Part shown: one piece after another, positions 25,359-34,670 of the stretch
How positions within the stretch are numbered: the stretch's first letter is position 1
Layout: each line of letters opens with the position of its first letter
Assembly: GCA_028372485.1 (NCBI GenBank)
Contig: JAOMYS010000001.1
Location: 1 to 35,164, forward strand
Origin: Rickettsiaceae bacterium
Lineage (GTDB): Bacteria > Pseudomonadota > Alphaproteobacteria > Rickettsiales > Rickettsiaceae
Length of the DNA stretch: 35,164 nt
Direction of reading: 5' to 3'
Notes under the pieces: model-generated
The model's input: the letters and a program-made list of their open reading frames with translations, nothing else
Told to the model about the DNA's origin: nothing
Databases searched by the model: none
Position numbers and translations under genes: made by a program

Positions 25359-28099
25359 GCACCCCTCTTGTTATTTTCCATATGCTTTGGCAACTCTGGC
25401 AATGTTCCATATTTTCTAGATAGTTCAATGATTGCCTCGTGCTTTGACACACCCTCTTTTTCTTTTTTTAGTAAGAAAGTGAAGTCTTTGTCTTCTGTTG
25501 AAAATAGTGCCGTTGAATATGGGTCTACAGCAAGCCTGCCTACTACATTTACTCCGTTGGTGCTGATTAACACTTCTGAGAATTTATTGGATGAGCATTT
25601 TCTAACTGAGCCAATAAGGTCTACGTATTTCTCATAAGCCTTTGATGCTGCAAATGCCTCAAGCCCCTCTTCTTTCTGCGCCATGATCAGTTTCCATGTA
25701 GAACATTCAAGTACTGCTGCTTGCGATTTCCTAGTTCCGCATTTATTGTCAAAGGAGCTTAAATCCTGAGTACAAACAACAAGGCTACCTCCGTATTTGC
25801 GAACAGTCCTTGCAAAACGCTCTAAGAAGCTTGCAGCGTAATCAAGTATCATCCATGCCTCATCAACAACTAGCATAAATCTTCTTGTTCTATCACCGCA
25901 TAAGAATTGCATGGTGATTTGCATCAAGACCACCTGCAAGACTACAGCAAGTAATGGCTCATCATCAACAAGCTCTTCAAGTTCAAATACTGTTAGCATT
26001 TCTTTGAATGTTGCATCTTTTTGCCCGCTTCTGAAAAAACGTGCATGCATTCCCTCTTCTGTATAGGAATATATACTATCTGCCATAGCAGATGCTCCCT
26101 CTACTGACTCGCCTTTTCGGTTTTTTAGGTTGCTAAGTACTCCTGCCATTTTGGTAATATCGAGCTTGTCTCCATGCTCAGATATTCCAAGCATGATGGC
26201 ACGCTCTATTAACGCCTCACTTCTACCATCACCAGATACTCCGCACATTGCAGATACCATTGATTTTGCATATATGATGCTGTCCTTGGTTACAAAATGT
26301 TTTTGCTTACCTTCTTTTGCAGGGACTTCTAAAATCTCAATGCCGTCTTTTTCCTTAATATCTTCTTTTATATTGCTTTTGCCTATTTTAAGGGCTTCTA
26401 TTTGCTCCTCTAGTAAGCCTGTGATTTCTGATATTTCAGAGGTTTTTTTGCCCAGCTGTAGCATCTCAAGTGCTTTAACAAAAATAGCCCCGCTGCCACT
26501 TAAACCGCTAAATGGATTTAGAGATATGTTGCTGTCTTTGTTAAAACTCACCATCTCACTCTGCCTTCCCAAAAGATGAGCGATGTTTTTATAGCTTCCA
26601 CCAATATCCATAACAAACACTGCAACATTTTTTGTAAGCATTGCCTCTATTAATGCCAGTGATAAGAATGATTTACCAGAGCCTGGTGGCGCCATGATGA
26701 TCACATTATAATTACCACCCCCTCCTACTCTGTGGAATGGATCAAACAAGAATAACTGACCACGCCTGCCCATTAATATTACTCCTGATGTAGGTACTCC
26801 TTTCCACTCTCCTTGAAGTGGGAGTTTTGCAACTACATCACCGCTGAGTGCGTATCTTGTTAGTTTGAAGAAGTTTAGCATCCATAAATAGCTAGATGCC
26901 ATCATAGGCAGCATGCTAAGGCTGGCTATTCTTTGTATTTTATCGCAAACAGCTAATTTCCAATCATGGGCATTATATAGGCTTTTTAATACCTCTTCTG
27001 CTGTTTCTATATCCGCACTTGGCGCAGTGACCATAACAAGCATTGATTCTCTAAGGAATATCTCACCTTTTTTGCTAATAGCTTTGACCTGTATCCATTT
27101 GCTTGCTTCTTCTTTTGCAAGTAAATCATCTTTTGTATAGGCTTTACTGCTGGCGTTTATTACTCGATCGCCACGAGCTAGAATGGTGCTTTTTCCCTTT
27201 GTGCCGATATCATTTGCTAGGCTATAGCAAATGATGAATCTTCCAGGTATTGCTTTATATTCATCGCCAAGTAGATTAATCATTTCAACTAGAGAGAATC
27301 CACTTGGTAATTCTGTCGGTGATAATACTTTAGAAACCAAACCACTATCATTGTGAATGATTTTATCCTCACATACAGTAGAGTCATTGTTTTTAAGAAT
27401 TTGCGAGCTGATATCATTTAGAATATCGTATTTAGCTGGGTCTTTTTTAGCAAGGCTCATCTGAAGGATTTCAGAGGCAATATCTATAAGCTCATTTGCG
27501 CTGCATAATCTTGGGCTAAAGTTCTCAGCCTTTAGCTTGTTATGTAATTTGCGTTTAAAGTTTAGAGTTTTATCTAAAGTGGCATCTCCTTTATCAGGAA
27601 TTGAGTAGCTTACAAATAAACGGAAGTTACGAGCGAGTCTGCCATCTTGTGCATTAGCATAATCTCTTGAGAGGTTTTCTATAAAATGACGGCGGTAATA
27701 GGTAACTCTTTCAAGTTCCTCACCTCCGTATTTGCGCCCTTCTTCCCATCTTGTAAGGACTGGCTCTATGTTATGGGAAGCAATGACTATAAACTGCAAA
27801 CATCCACCAGCTGGTAGCTCATCATTAAAGAATAATGTTAAATTCTTTTCTATAGAAGTATCTGAGCCTACAAGAGCATTTACCTCCATAAAGAAGCCAA
27901 GCGATCCCTTGTTAAAGGCAATATTTGTCTCATCATCAAAATAATCATAAAGCAGGCAATCAGAAAGTGGCACTGCGCCTCCTGTTTCTTGCGCCATTGC
28001 TTTTTTAAGTTCCTTCATAGGATCAAGTCCACGCTCTCCGTTTTCTCTAAAACCGCAAAAATCAGCTAGTTTGCTTAAATGCTTTTCAAATGCCAGCAT
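25355..28099 (-). CDS. traC: F-type T4SS ATPase TraC (VirB4 family)
   Basis: LPLQGEWKG, GRRGQL..FDPF, NYNVIIMAPPGSGKSF (Walker A), VFVMDIGGSY, LVVDEAW (Walker B), ARTVRKYGGS. Confidence 0.95.
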   Translation of the reverse strand: MLAFEKHLSKLADFCGFRENGERGLDPMKELKKAMAQETGGAVPLSDCLLYDYFDDETNIAFNKGSLGFFMEVNALVGSDTSIEKNLTLFFNDELPAGGCLQFIVIASHNIEPVLTRWEEGRKYGGEELERVTYYRRHFIENLSRDYANAQDGRLARNFRLFVSYSIPDKGDATLDKTLNFKRKLHNKLKAENFSPRLCSANELIDIASEILQMSLAKKDPAKYDILNDISSQILKNNDSTVCEDKIIHNDSGLVSKVLSPTELPSGFSLVEMINLLGDEYKAIPGRFIICYSLANDIGTKGKSTILARGDRVINASSKAYTKDDLLAKEEASKWIQVKAISKKGEIFLRESMLVMVTAPSADIETAEEVLKSLYNAHDWKLAVCDKIQRIASLSMLPMMASSYLWMLNFFKLTRYALSGDVVAKLPLQGEWKGVPTSGVILMGRRGQLFLFDPFHRVGGGGNYNVIIMAPPGSGKSFLSLALIEAMLTKNVAVFVMDIGGSYKNIAHLLGRQSEMVSFNKDSNISLNPFSGLSGSGAIFVKALEMLQLGKKTSEISEITGLLEEQIEALKIGKSNIKEDIKEKDGIEILEVPAKEGKQKHFVTKDSIIYAKSMVSAMCGVSGDGRSEALIERAIMLGISEHGDKLDITKMAGVLSNLKNRKGESVEGASAMADSIYSYTEEGMHARFFRSGQKDATFKEMLTVFELEELVDDEPLLAVVLQVVLMQITMQFLCGDRTRRFMLVVDEAWMILDYAASFLERFARTVRKYGGSLVVCTQDLSSFDNKCGTRKSQAAVLECSTWKLIMAQKEEGLEAFAASKAYEKYVDLIGSVRKCSSNKFSEVLISTNGVNVVGRLAVDPYSTALFSTEDKDFTFLLKKEKEGVSKHEAIIELSRKYGTLPELPKHMENNKRGA

Positions 28100-28371
28100 T
28101 AGACTCCTCTGTTGTTTTCTGTTGTTGTACTTATTTCTTGTTCTTTAAGTTTTGGGGTGTCAGAGTTTTTAAGAGGTTTGTACTTCTCTTGTTTTTGCCT
28201 TTGCTCATTAAAACGCTCTATCTCACCGCTATTTATCATCTGGTCAACTCTATCCATTGGGGCGCAATATACACCCTTAGAATCACCGCAATTAAATGAT
28301 GATTTGTAAGTAGCACATGCTGTCAGATTTAGTAGCATTGTTGTAATTATTAGGATTTTTGTGATCTTCAT
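28099..28371 (-). CDS. traV: lipoprotein TraV
   Basis: Lipobox LNLTAC, then FNC....GVYC.PMD.V; lies between traB and traC. Confidence 0.88.
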   Translation of the reverse strand: MKITKILIITTMLLNLTACATYKSSFNCGDSKGVYCAPMDRVDQMINSGEIERFNEQRQKQEKYKPLKNSDTPKLKEQEISTTTENNRGV

Positions 28372-29750
28372 TCCATATACTCCGATTTAATATCTGCTAA
28401 TTTACGAGCAGCCTCCTTGCTTCTTTTAATATTTGCTTCTGGATTATTAGGATTTATTGCTCTTGCTTTTTTAATTTTGCTATGGGTGCTTACCTCACCT
28501 ACAAAGAAGCCTTTGGTTATTTGAGCATTGATTCTAACTCCTGATGGTACTGTGAGTATTGGCGACATTGCTTCTGCTTGTCTTAGGTAGTAATCTGCTA
28601 TTTTATCGCCTGCGTTACTTGCACCAGATAGAACTCCATCGCTAAGCAAACTCTTTGCGCCCTTTGTCTTTGTTGCAATCACCCCAGATGCGCTCATGCT
28701 AGAGCCATCTTGACCTTTAGCAGAAGATGATATACCGCTAATCAAGCCTCCTATTGCTGCATTCTTTATGTGTTTGCTTGATGTTGCAATAACAGTTCCT
28801 TTGATGCCGTTTAGTCCGTCACTGCCAAATATCTGACCTGCTACTCGGCTTGTGATGTACGTACCGTCCTGCTCGCATATAAGTTTCTCAAGGCGAATAA
28901 TTGCACGCTCACTTGAGAGATCGCCATAAGATGATCCCATAATACGACAATTCTCTAATTTGAGATCGTTTAGGTGTGATAGGTTTGTGGTTTCTTTTCT
29001 GCCTCGCTCAAACCTACCAATAAGTTTGATAGCAACTGGTGTTGCATTCTCATCTGGTGTATTTAATCCAGTAGAGACAGCAATACCGCCAAGTAAGTGA
29101 CCAGTGAAGTATGTTCCCTCTGGTATGTAGTTTTTAGCAGATTTTGGAATATCTAGCTCCACCCCGCTCTCATAAGTTTGTTCCTCAAGTTCTACTCCTT
29201 GATAGCTAGGAGTTTGTTTATGTTCAGACTTTTCTTTGTTTAGTCTTTTCATATCAAGGCTGGCACTTGATAGTTCTTCTTGCGCCATTTTGAGTTTTTC
29301 CTTGGTGTCCAAGAGTTCTTGCTCTATAAGGCTACTTGCCTTTTCAAGCTTTTCATCTTGGGTTTTTGATAATTCTTGTATGCGCTGATCTATATCTTTG
29401 ACCGATTGCTCTTGTTTTTCCTCGAAGTAATTACGCCAGTGCTTCTCTGGGTCTAGGTTTTTATCTGCAAGCTCTACAGTAAGGACTGGTTTATCATTTT
29501 GTAGATTTGGATTTTTTTCTTGAGCCTTGCTTTTTACAAACAAGGTAATTGATCCAACAATAAAGGAAATGATCAGTAATCCTGCAATCAGAGTTTTAAA
29601 TTGCTGCATTCTAATGCTGGTATTATTAGCTCCCTGCTTGTTATCAGAGTTACTGCTACCATCACCGCTATCAGCAACGCTATTGCTAATAGTTGAGTCG
29701 GTATTTTTGCCCATCACCCATTTGAAGTATTCTGTTAGTTTCTCTCTCAT
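28368..29750 (-). CDS. traB: TraB (VirB10-like)
   Basis: TM plus coiled coil, YIPEGTYFTGHLLGG, CRIMGSSYGDLSSERAIIRLEKLIC, DGLNGIKG, ADYYLRQAE..SP. Confidence 0.93.
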   Translation of the reverse strand: MREKLTEYFKWVMGKNTDSTISNSVADSGDGSSNSDNKQGANNTSIRMQQFKTLIAGLLIISFIVGSITLFVKSKAQEKNPNLQNDKPVLTVELADKNLDPEKHWRNYFEEKQEQSVKDIDQRIQELSKTQDEKLEKASSLIEQELLDTKEKLKMAQEELSSASLDMKRLNKEKSEHKQTPSYQGVELEEQTYESGVELDIPKSAKNYIPEGTYFTGHLLGGIAVSTGLNTPDENATPVAIKLIGRFERGRKETTNLSHLNDLKLENCRIMGSSYGDLSSERAIIRLEKLICEQDGTYITSRVAGQIFGSDGLNGIKGTVIATSSKHIKNAAIGGLISGISSSAKGQDGSSMSASGVIATKTKGAKSLLSDGVLSGASNAGDKIADYYLRQAEAMSPILTVPSGVRINAQITKGFFVGEVSTHSKIKKARAINPNNPEANIKRSKEAARKLADIKSEYME

Positions 29751-30538
29751 GCAGCCTCCTTAAATACTATGTAGGCTTTAGTTGTTTCTCCTTTGCTAAG
29801 CATTGTGTTTTCGATATGAACGCCTACTACGCCTTTGAACGCTTTTATTAAATCATCTTCAGTGATTTCTATAGATGAGTCTGATTTACTTCTCCTTGTT
29901 CGCTTGGTTTTATTTTGCAGAGTTAAAGTTGTTCCGTGTAATTTTCCAAACTTGTAGATATCACCACTTGTTGCTTTGATTTTGCTATTACCTGGAATAG
30001 TTACATTGCTACTTGCTTTTTGGACATAATATTTACCAATTAGCTGGTTTTTCATAGCATCTATTAGCAAGGAGGCTTCGCTTTGTTTGCTCCCACCTTG
30101 GTTATTTGAGAAGTTAAGGGATATTAGATACGGCTTTTTGCTTTTTACGACTGTCAAAGACATATCGATGATATCACCACTAGAGAGCAATACCTCAAAA
30201 TCTATTTTGCTACCATTTGGTTCTTTTGGAGTAATAAATAGATTACTTCCATCGTCTGATAATATGGATGTAAAACCACTAACATTGCCAATTATCTTAG
30301 ATACTCTACCGTGGTTAAAATTAATACGGTTAATAGCCTCGTCTGCAACATTTAAGGAAAGTTGTTTTTGATATGAAACTTCTATAGTTTTGCTATTGCT
30401 TTTATTAAGTCTATTTGTGATTCCATCTGTAAGTTTTTTATGCATATCGGTATCAAGTACAAAACCAGATGCGAGTGCTGCCTTAGAAAATAAGGAAACG
30501 CACAGAATGAGAATTATGTGATTTATTATTTTGTGCAT
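29747..30538 (-). CDS. traK: TraK (secretin-like core subunit)
   Basis: Signal peptide, INRINF...RV, GSNLFITP, LLIDAM; lies between traE and traB. Confidence 0.82.
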   Translation of the reverse strand: MHKIINHIILILCVSLFSKAALASGFVLDTDMHKKLTDGITNRLNKSNSKTIEVSYQKQLSLNVADEAINRINFNHGRVSKIIGNVSGFTSILSDDGSNLFITPKEPNGSKIDFEVLLSSGDIIDMSLTVVKSKKPYLISLNFSNNQGGSKQSEASLLIDAMKNQLIGKYYVQKASSNVTIPGNSKIKATSGDIYKFGKLHGTTLTLQNKTKRTRRSKSDSSIEITEDDLIKAFKGVVGVHIENTMLSKGETTKAYIVFKEAA

Positions 30539-31096
30539 TTAATTATTCTCCTCATTTAATTTAACAAATTCTTGCAAGTATAGTTTTCCGCCAAGCCAGC
30601 CGAAGCTAAGTCCGTAAATAGCAGGGGTTGATTCAAAGCCTTTTTCGCCAAAGCGACTGATTAACTGACCATGGGCTTTTACGGTTAATTCTTTCTCGTT
30701 AGTCTCGAGTTTCTTAACTGCAAAATGGGTGCTTAAGGAAAATTGTTTATACTTTTCCTTAGTGGTAGCAAAATACTCTATTAGAGCTTTCATGTAGGAG
30801 CTATCTGTTTGAGATACGTGGGCAAGCAGCTTTTCTTTTTTCCAATCAATCGATGCATGATCAAGATCAAGAAGGAGTGGTAGGTACATAGCTGTTACTT
30901 CCTCTAAGTAACTGGCAGACACTCCCTCGTTACTTGTCCATACCTCCTTGTTTAAGCCTGGTACAAGAATAACCCTCTCATCAGAGCTAATTATTTTGAT
31001 GCAGAGTATTAGGCATGCACTCATTGCTATCATGCTTAAAAACATAAATATGTTACGCTGCCTTGCTACTTTCTCTATAGAACCTATTCTGCTCAT
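30539..31096 (-). CDS. traE: TraE
   Basis: RQRN + TM + ERVILVPG...VWTS...VSASYLEE; 185 aa; follows traL. Confidence 0.9.
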   Translation of the reverse strand: MSRIGSIEKVARQRNIFMFLSMIAMSACLILCIKIISSDERVILVPGLNKEVWTSNEGVSASYLEEVTAMYLPLLLDLDHASIDWKKEKLLAHVSQTDSSYMKALIEYFATTKEKYKQFSLSTHFAVKKLETNEKELTVKAHGQLISRFGEKGFESTPAIYGLSFGWLGGKLYLQEFVKLNEENN

Positions 31097-31100
31097 AATT

Positions 31101-31385
31101 CTACAGCTCCGTCCTAGTTGACGAGAGAGGAGCGTTTTTATCCAGCCAGACCTTAGATAGCGGGAGTTTCCAGTAAATAACTCGCTGTAGTTTGCCTAAA
31201 AACCATTGTCTGCTTATCCAGCCACCAACCGTAAAGCCAATAGCTCCAAACCCTAGCCCCCAGAATAATCCTTTAGCAAAACCAAATAAGACAAGCATAA
31301 CTACCCCGCCCGCCAGCGATCCAAGGTTACAGTTAAATGCTTTTGGCTCACTGTTTAAACAATCGATAAATTCTCTTCTACTCAT
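31101..31385 (-). CDS. traL: TraL
   Basis: About 94 aa, L.SEPK, two TM segments, G.LQRVIYWKLP...P.S..R; precedes traE. Confidence 0.82.
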   Translation of the reverse strand: MSRREFIDCLNSEPKAFNCNLGSLAGGVVMLVLFGFAKGLFWGLGFGAIGFTVGGWISRQWFLGKLQRVIYWKLPLSKVWLDKNAPLSSTRTEL

Positions 31386-31461
31386 AGTTTTTATCCCTAA
31401 TTGATTTTAAAGTTAAATTTGTTTGCTTAAGCTTTCTAATGACATGACTGGATTCCATAAT

Positions 31462-31812
31462 CTAGTCAGTAAGCATTGCAAGTAGAGCAAGCACTACAGC
31501 TCCTGCTGCAGTTGCTGCGAAGGCAGCCCTTGTAGCTCTTTGTCTTGCATCACCCTCTCCAACAACCGCTCCCGCAGTACCAGTAATTGCAACAGCCTTG
31601 CCCCAGTGATCCTTGATTCCTTTTATTACAGGATCAGTTGCAGCCTTTACGCCAGCGTCAATATCAAACTTAGAAGCAGCAAGAGCTATTTCTGGTAATA
31701 TTATGGAGGCGAGTAGCGCCGATGCCCCGATGGCAACTACTACTCCTGCTTTTTTGTAGTGAGCTTGTTTTTGGTCTTTGGTTTTTGATAATAGATTCGT
31801 TTTGTTACTCAT
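31462..31812 (-). CDS. candidate F-type propilin (TraA pilin)
   Basis: Directly upstream of traL; 45-aa basic/hydrophobic leader ending PEIALA, and a 71-aa Ala/Gly-rich mature part with two hydrophobic segments; strong SD (AAAGGAGA). Confidence 0.75.
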   Translation of the reverse strand: MSNKTNLLSKTKDQKQAHYKKAGVVVAIGASALLASIILPEIALAASKFDIDAGVKAATDPVIKGIKDHWGKAVAITGTAGAVVGEGDARQRATRAAFAATAAGAVVLALLAMLTD

Positions 31813-31899
31813 TATTTTATTCTCCTTTAATGTAGTTTGTTTATTTGTTGTTTCTGATTATTTTTAAATGTAGAAGTGATTTGCTTTTGTTCTGTTGTT

Positions 31900-32388
31900 T
31901 TATTCTCTATACGCAGCCTCGTTTATATCTCTTGCTATTTGCTCGAGTTTTTCTATAAGTTTTTGTGTTTCAATATCTAAAACCTCAGCTGTGGTTGCGA
32001 GTCTTATAGCGTTTCCGTACTTAAGAGCATGGGGTGCTTCGTTTGGTAATCCAGTATGCGATATATCAGGGGTTGATTCTTTTTTTATGCTTTTTGCAAG
32101 CGCATCTATAATGATCATTTGATCAGCGTGTTCGTTCCTTCCAATCATGCGAGTGAACTCTTGTGCATCACTTGCTGCTTTAAGTATTGTGGTTTTTAGA
32201 TGTAATAATGGGTTACTGCTTGAGACAACAAAAGCTGGTACTTTCTTTTCTATTTTAGAATTTGGAGAAGCTGGTTGGCTTTGTGTATTACTCTTTGGCA
32301 GTAGGTGATTTGCACCTACTGCGACCAATAGTCCTACTACCCCGCCTATAAAAATTGCTTTCATTCTGAAATTATTATTTACGATCAT
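31900..32388 (-). CDS. hypothetical membrane-anchored protein
   Basis: N-terminal TM, Ser/Pro linker, helical C-terminus; overlaps the upstream gene. Confidence 0.75.
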   Translation of the reverse strand: MIVNNNFRMKAIFIGGVVGLLVAVGANHLLPKSNTQSQPASPNSKIEKKVPAFVVSSSNPLLHLKTTILKAASDAQEFTRMIGRNEHADQMIIIDALAKSIKKESTPDISHTGLPNEAPHALKYGNAIRLATTAEVLDIETQKLIEKLEQIARDINEAAYRE

Positions 32389-32866
32389 CGCCAGCCTCTT
32401 TGTTTTTATTCACATTAGAAGAGCCAGATATCTGCTTAAGGCTAGCTTCTCCATATGAGCTTGGAGTGAAAGATGATAAAGGCTGCATATGAAGGTAAAG
32501 CGGAGAGTTTACAATATAAGTCTTGATACCCGTTACTATCTCCATGCTATTTAGGGATAAATAGGCGTTGATGCCGTCTGATCCTAGGGAAAGTAGTTTT
32601 TTGTTACCTTTGGCAAACTCCTCTTCCGTTAAATTTTGCCTTTCAAAGTGATTTGCAAATGCTAGGCGTCTCCCCTCTTCTTTTAAGTGCTGTAGATCTA
32701 CAGAGGAGGCGTGCTTTTTGATCAGAGTATATAACCCCTCTTGTCTTTCGTTGTTTTTAATATAAGAATATTTCTGATCAATCGAGAGGAAGGCAAGAAA
32801 TAGTATAATTATTCCAAGCAGGAGATTGGTCAGGTTTATATCTTGGCTTGTTACTGCTTTGCTCAT
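32375..32866 (-). CDS. hypothetical membrane-anchored protein
   Basis: N-terminal TM; operon packing. Confidence 0.75.
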   Translation of the reverse strand: MSKAVTSQDINLTNLLLGIIILFLAFLSIDQKYSYIKNNERQEGLYTLIKKHASSVDLQHLKEEGRRLAFANHFERQNLTEEEFAKGNKKLLSLGSDGINAYLSLNSMEIVTGIKTYIVNSPLYLHMQPLSSFTPSSYGEASLKQISGSSNVNKNKEAGDDRK

Positions 32867-32872
32867 ACTTAT

Positions 32873-33112
32873 CTACTCTTTACCTTGGTTTGAGTTTTTA
32901 ATTGCGATCTTTGCCTGTTCGTAGAAGTCTTTTGGTACTAAATAGATTTTATCGCCATCTTCTAGGGACACTTCATGAATGCTAAACTTTGCACTATGTA
33001 CAACCGAGGTAACGCTCTTTATAAGCTGCTCCTCTTGCCATTTATATATTGTGTATTCTTTTTTCTTTGGTTTTGTACTTTGGTCTTTGCTCGCTTTGTT
33101 CTCTATAGTCAT
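32873..33112 (-). CDS. small hypothetical protein
   Basis: 79-aa ORF filling the gap after dsbA. Confidence 0.65.
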   Translation of the reverse strand: MTIENKASKDQSTKPKKKEYTIYKWQEEQLIKSVTSVVHSAKFSIHEVSLEDGDKIYLVPKDFYEQAKIAIKNSNQGKE

Positions 33113-33122
33113 ATCAACGTCT

Positions 33123-33908
33123 CTATTCTTTGGTTAATTCATCCTCAATAGCATCAGATAGCCCACTCTGGCTATATTCTGCTTTAAATAACTTGCCGTT
33201 AATGTAGAAACTTGGAGTACCTATGAAATCATCATCTGATGCTAATAGTTTTGCGTGGTCAAATAGAGTTTTTGACTTGATGTCATCGTTTAAACAGAGA
33301 TCATATTGTGAATTTGATATGCCATGGTTATTTGCTATTTTGTAGAGGTTTGCTCTGTAATCTTTGCTATAAGCCCAAACATCTTGTGTATGGAGTAGAT
33401 GGCTGGTTAATTTTTGATATGAATCAATATCGCCTTTGCATCTAGCGAGCAGGCTGGCGTCAAAATCTTGCTTATTACCAACGCATTCACGCATTACATA
33501 AGCAACCTTGCCTGTGTCGATATATTTACGTTTTAATTCGGGAAAAACTTTTAAATGGTATTCTGAGCAATGAGTACAGGTTGGAGCAAAATACTCAATA
33601 AGAATTACTTTGGCATCTCTGCTCCCTATTACTATGTCATTATTGAATATACGCTCGTTACTTAGCTCATTAGCGCACTTTTGGGAAATTTTGCCATTTA
33701 CAGAATTAGCAGGTGAGTTATTGTAATTGTCTCTACTGCTGTTTGCTAGAGAGTTACTTGCATAGAATAGAGTAAAGATTATCGTTAGAAACGAAATGCA
33801 AAATATTTGAGTAGTTAGTTTACCATGATTTAACGCATGGCTACTGCGTGCATTCTCAATATTATTGCTTGTAGGTGTATTATTTGTTATATTCACTCTT
33901 AACCTCAA
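33123..33908 (-). CDS. DsbA-family thiol-disulfide oxidoreductase (start uncertain)
   Basis: IGSRDAKVILIEYFAPTCTHC (CxxC), LKRKYIDTGKV, IGTPSFYING (cis-Pro loop); hydrophobic signal segment. Confidence 0.9.
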   Translation of the reverse strand: MRLRVNITNNTPTSNNIENARSSHALNHGKLTTQIFCISFLTIIFTLFYASNSLANSSRDNYNNSPANSVNGKISQKCANELSNERIFNNDIVIGSRDAKVILIEYFAPTCTHCSEYHLKVFPELKRKYIDTGKVAYVMRECVGNKQDFDASLLARCKGDIDSYQKLTSHLLHTQDVWAYSKDYRANLYKIANNHGISNSQYDLCLNDDIKSKTLFDHAKLLASDDDFIGTPSFYINGKLFKAEYSQSGLSDAIEDELTKE

Positions 33909-33939
33909 GGTGGTTTAATTATTGCTTTGTTGTTGTCTT

Positions 33940-33980
33940 CCAACGGATATTAAGCGTCTCAATTCTTAGGTATCCGTTGG
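33940..33980. promoter_or_regulatory. stem-loop in the tra operon leader
   Basis: CCAACGGATA (33940-33949) / TATCCGTTGG (33971-33980) perfect arms, plus inner TAAG/CTTA. Confidence 0.6.
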
Positions 33981-34123
33981 TGTTCTTTTTTTCTAAAATT
34001 CCTTATCTATATTTTTCAATTTAATCGCTTCCTATACTCCTTAATAATATCCGTCGTAAATCTTATATACACTTCAAAACAAAACTATAGCTCTTATATA
34101 ATAAATTTACGATAATATAGATT

Positions 34124-34141
34124 ACACTTTATGTAAAGTGT
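34124..34141. promoter_or_regulatory. palindromic operator candidate
   Basis: ACACTTTA-TG-TAAAGTGT in the divergent dsbA/XRE intergenic region. Confidence 0.5.
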
Positions 34142-34250
34142 TATTTTTTGAAAAAATACATTTTTTTGTGCTTTGTTTTATGTGATTATTTATTTACATT
34201 TTAAATGAATAGTGTTAATTTTATGAAAAATAAAAACAATATTATACTTT

Positions 34251-34670
34251 ATGTCAAGTTTGCCTAAAAAAATAAGTCAGTTAATGACTAATAAAAAAAT
34301 CAATGCAGTTGACATAGAAAGAGAGACTGGGTTAAATCGAAACACTGTTTATAGCATTGTTGCTGGAAGCTCTAAAAACCCAAGCGCCCAAAATCTACAG
34401 CTTATAGCCCAAGCTCTTGGCGTGACTTTAGAATCTATTTTGATGGACGAAGAGGAGATGCGAATTAATTCTCTTTCTGAGCAGCAGATGCAGGCGTTTG
34501 CTGCAACAACAAGTGCAACGGTGAATATTATCGTTGCAAACAAACTGAATTTTTCTTTGGATAAATTGATTTCAATAATTAGGGAGGTTTATAAATACAC
34601 TTTAAAAGCTACCCCACCTTCTGTAGATGAGAGATTTATTGACTGGCTACTCGACAAATACAAAGATTAA
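34251..34670 (+). CDS. XRE-family helix-turn-helix transcriptional regulator
   Basis: INAVDIERETGLNRNTVYSIVAGSSKNPSAQNLQLIAQALGVTLESI is an HTH_3 pattern; divergent from the tra operon. Confidence 0.9.
   Translation: MSSLPKKISQLMTNKKINAVDIERETGLNRNTVYSIVAGSSKNPSAQNLQLIAQALGVTLESILMDEEEMRINSLSEQQMQAFAATTSATVNIIVANKLNFSLDKLISIIREVYKYTLKATPPSVDERFIDWLLDKYKD

Larger units (their letters stand above)
2922..34670. mobile_element. RAGE-like conjugative module (F-type T4SS plus Ti-type traA/traD); element boundaries not visible
   Basis: Gene order traLEKBVC-W-U-trbC-N-F-H-G-D(F) together with divergent Ti-type traA/traD and an Rpn nuclease is the combination known from Rickettsiales conjugative elements. 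No integrase, att site or rep gene is in the window, so ICE versus plasmid is unresolved. Confidence 0.85.

Noticed and set aside
25368-30371. Plus-strand ORFs opposite traC, traV, traB and traK
   Set aside because: Shadow frames; unlike 24512-24763 they match nothing else in the window.
34190-34250. Possible CtrA box upstream of the XRE gene
   Set aside because: The TTAA half-sites at 34201 and 34215 are 10 nt apart rather than 7, and TTAA is common in this DNA.
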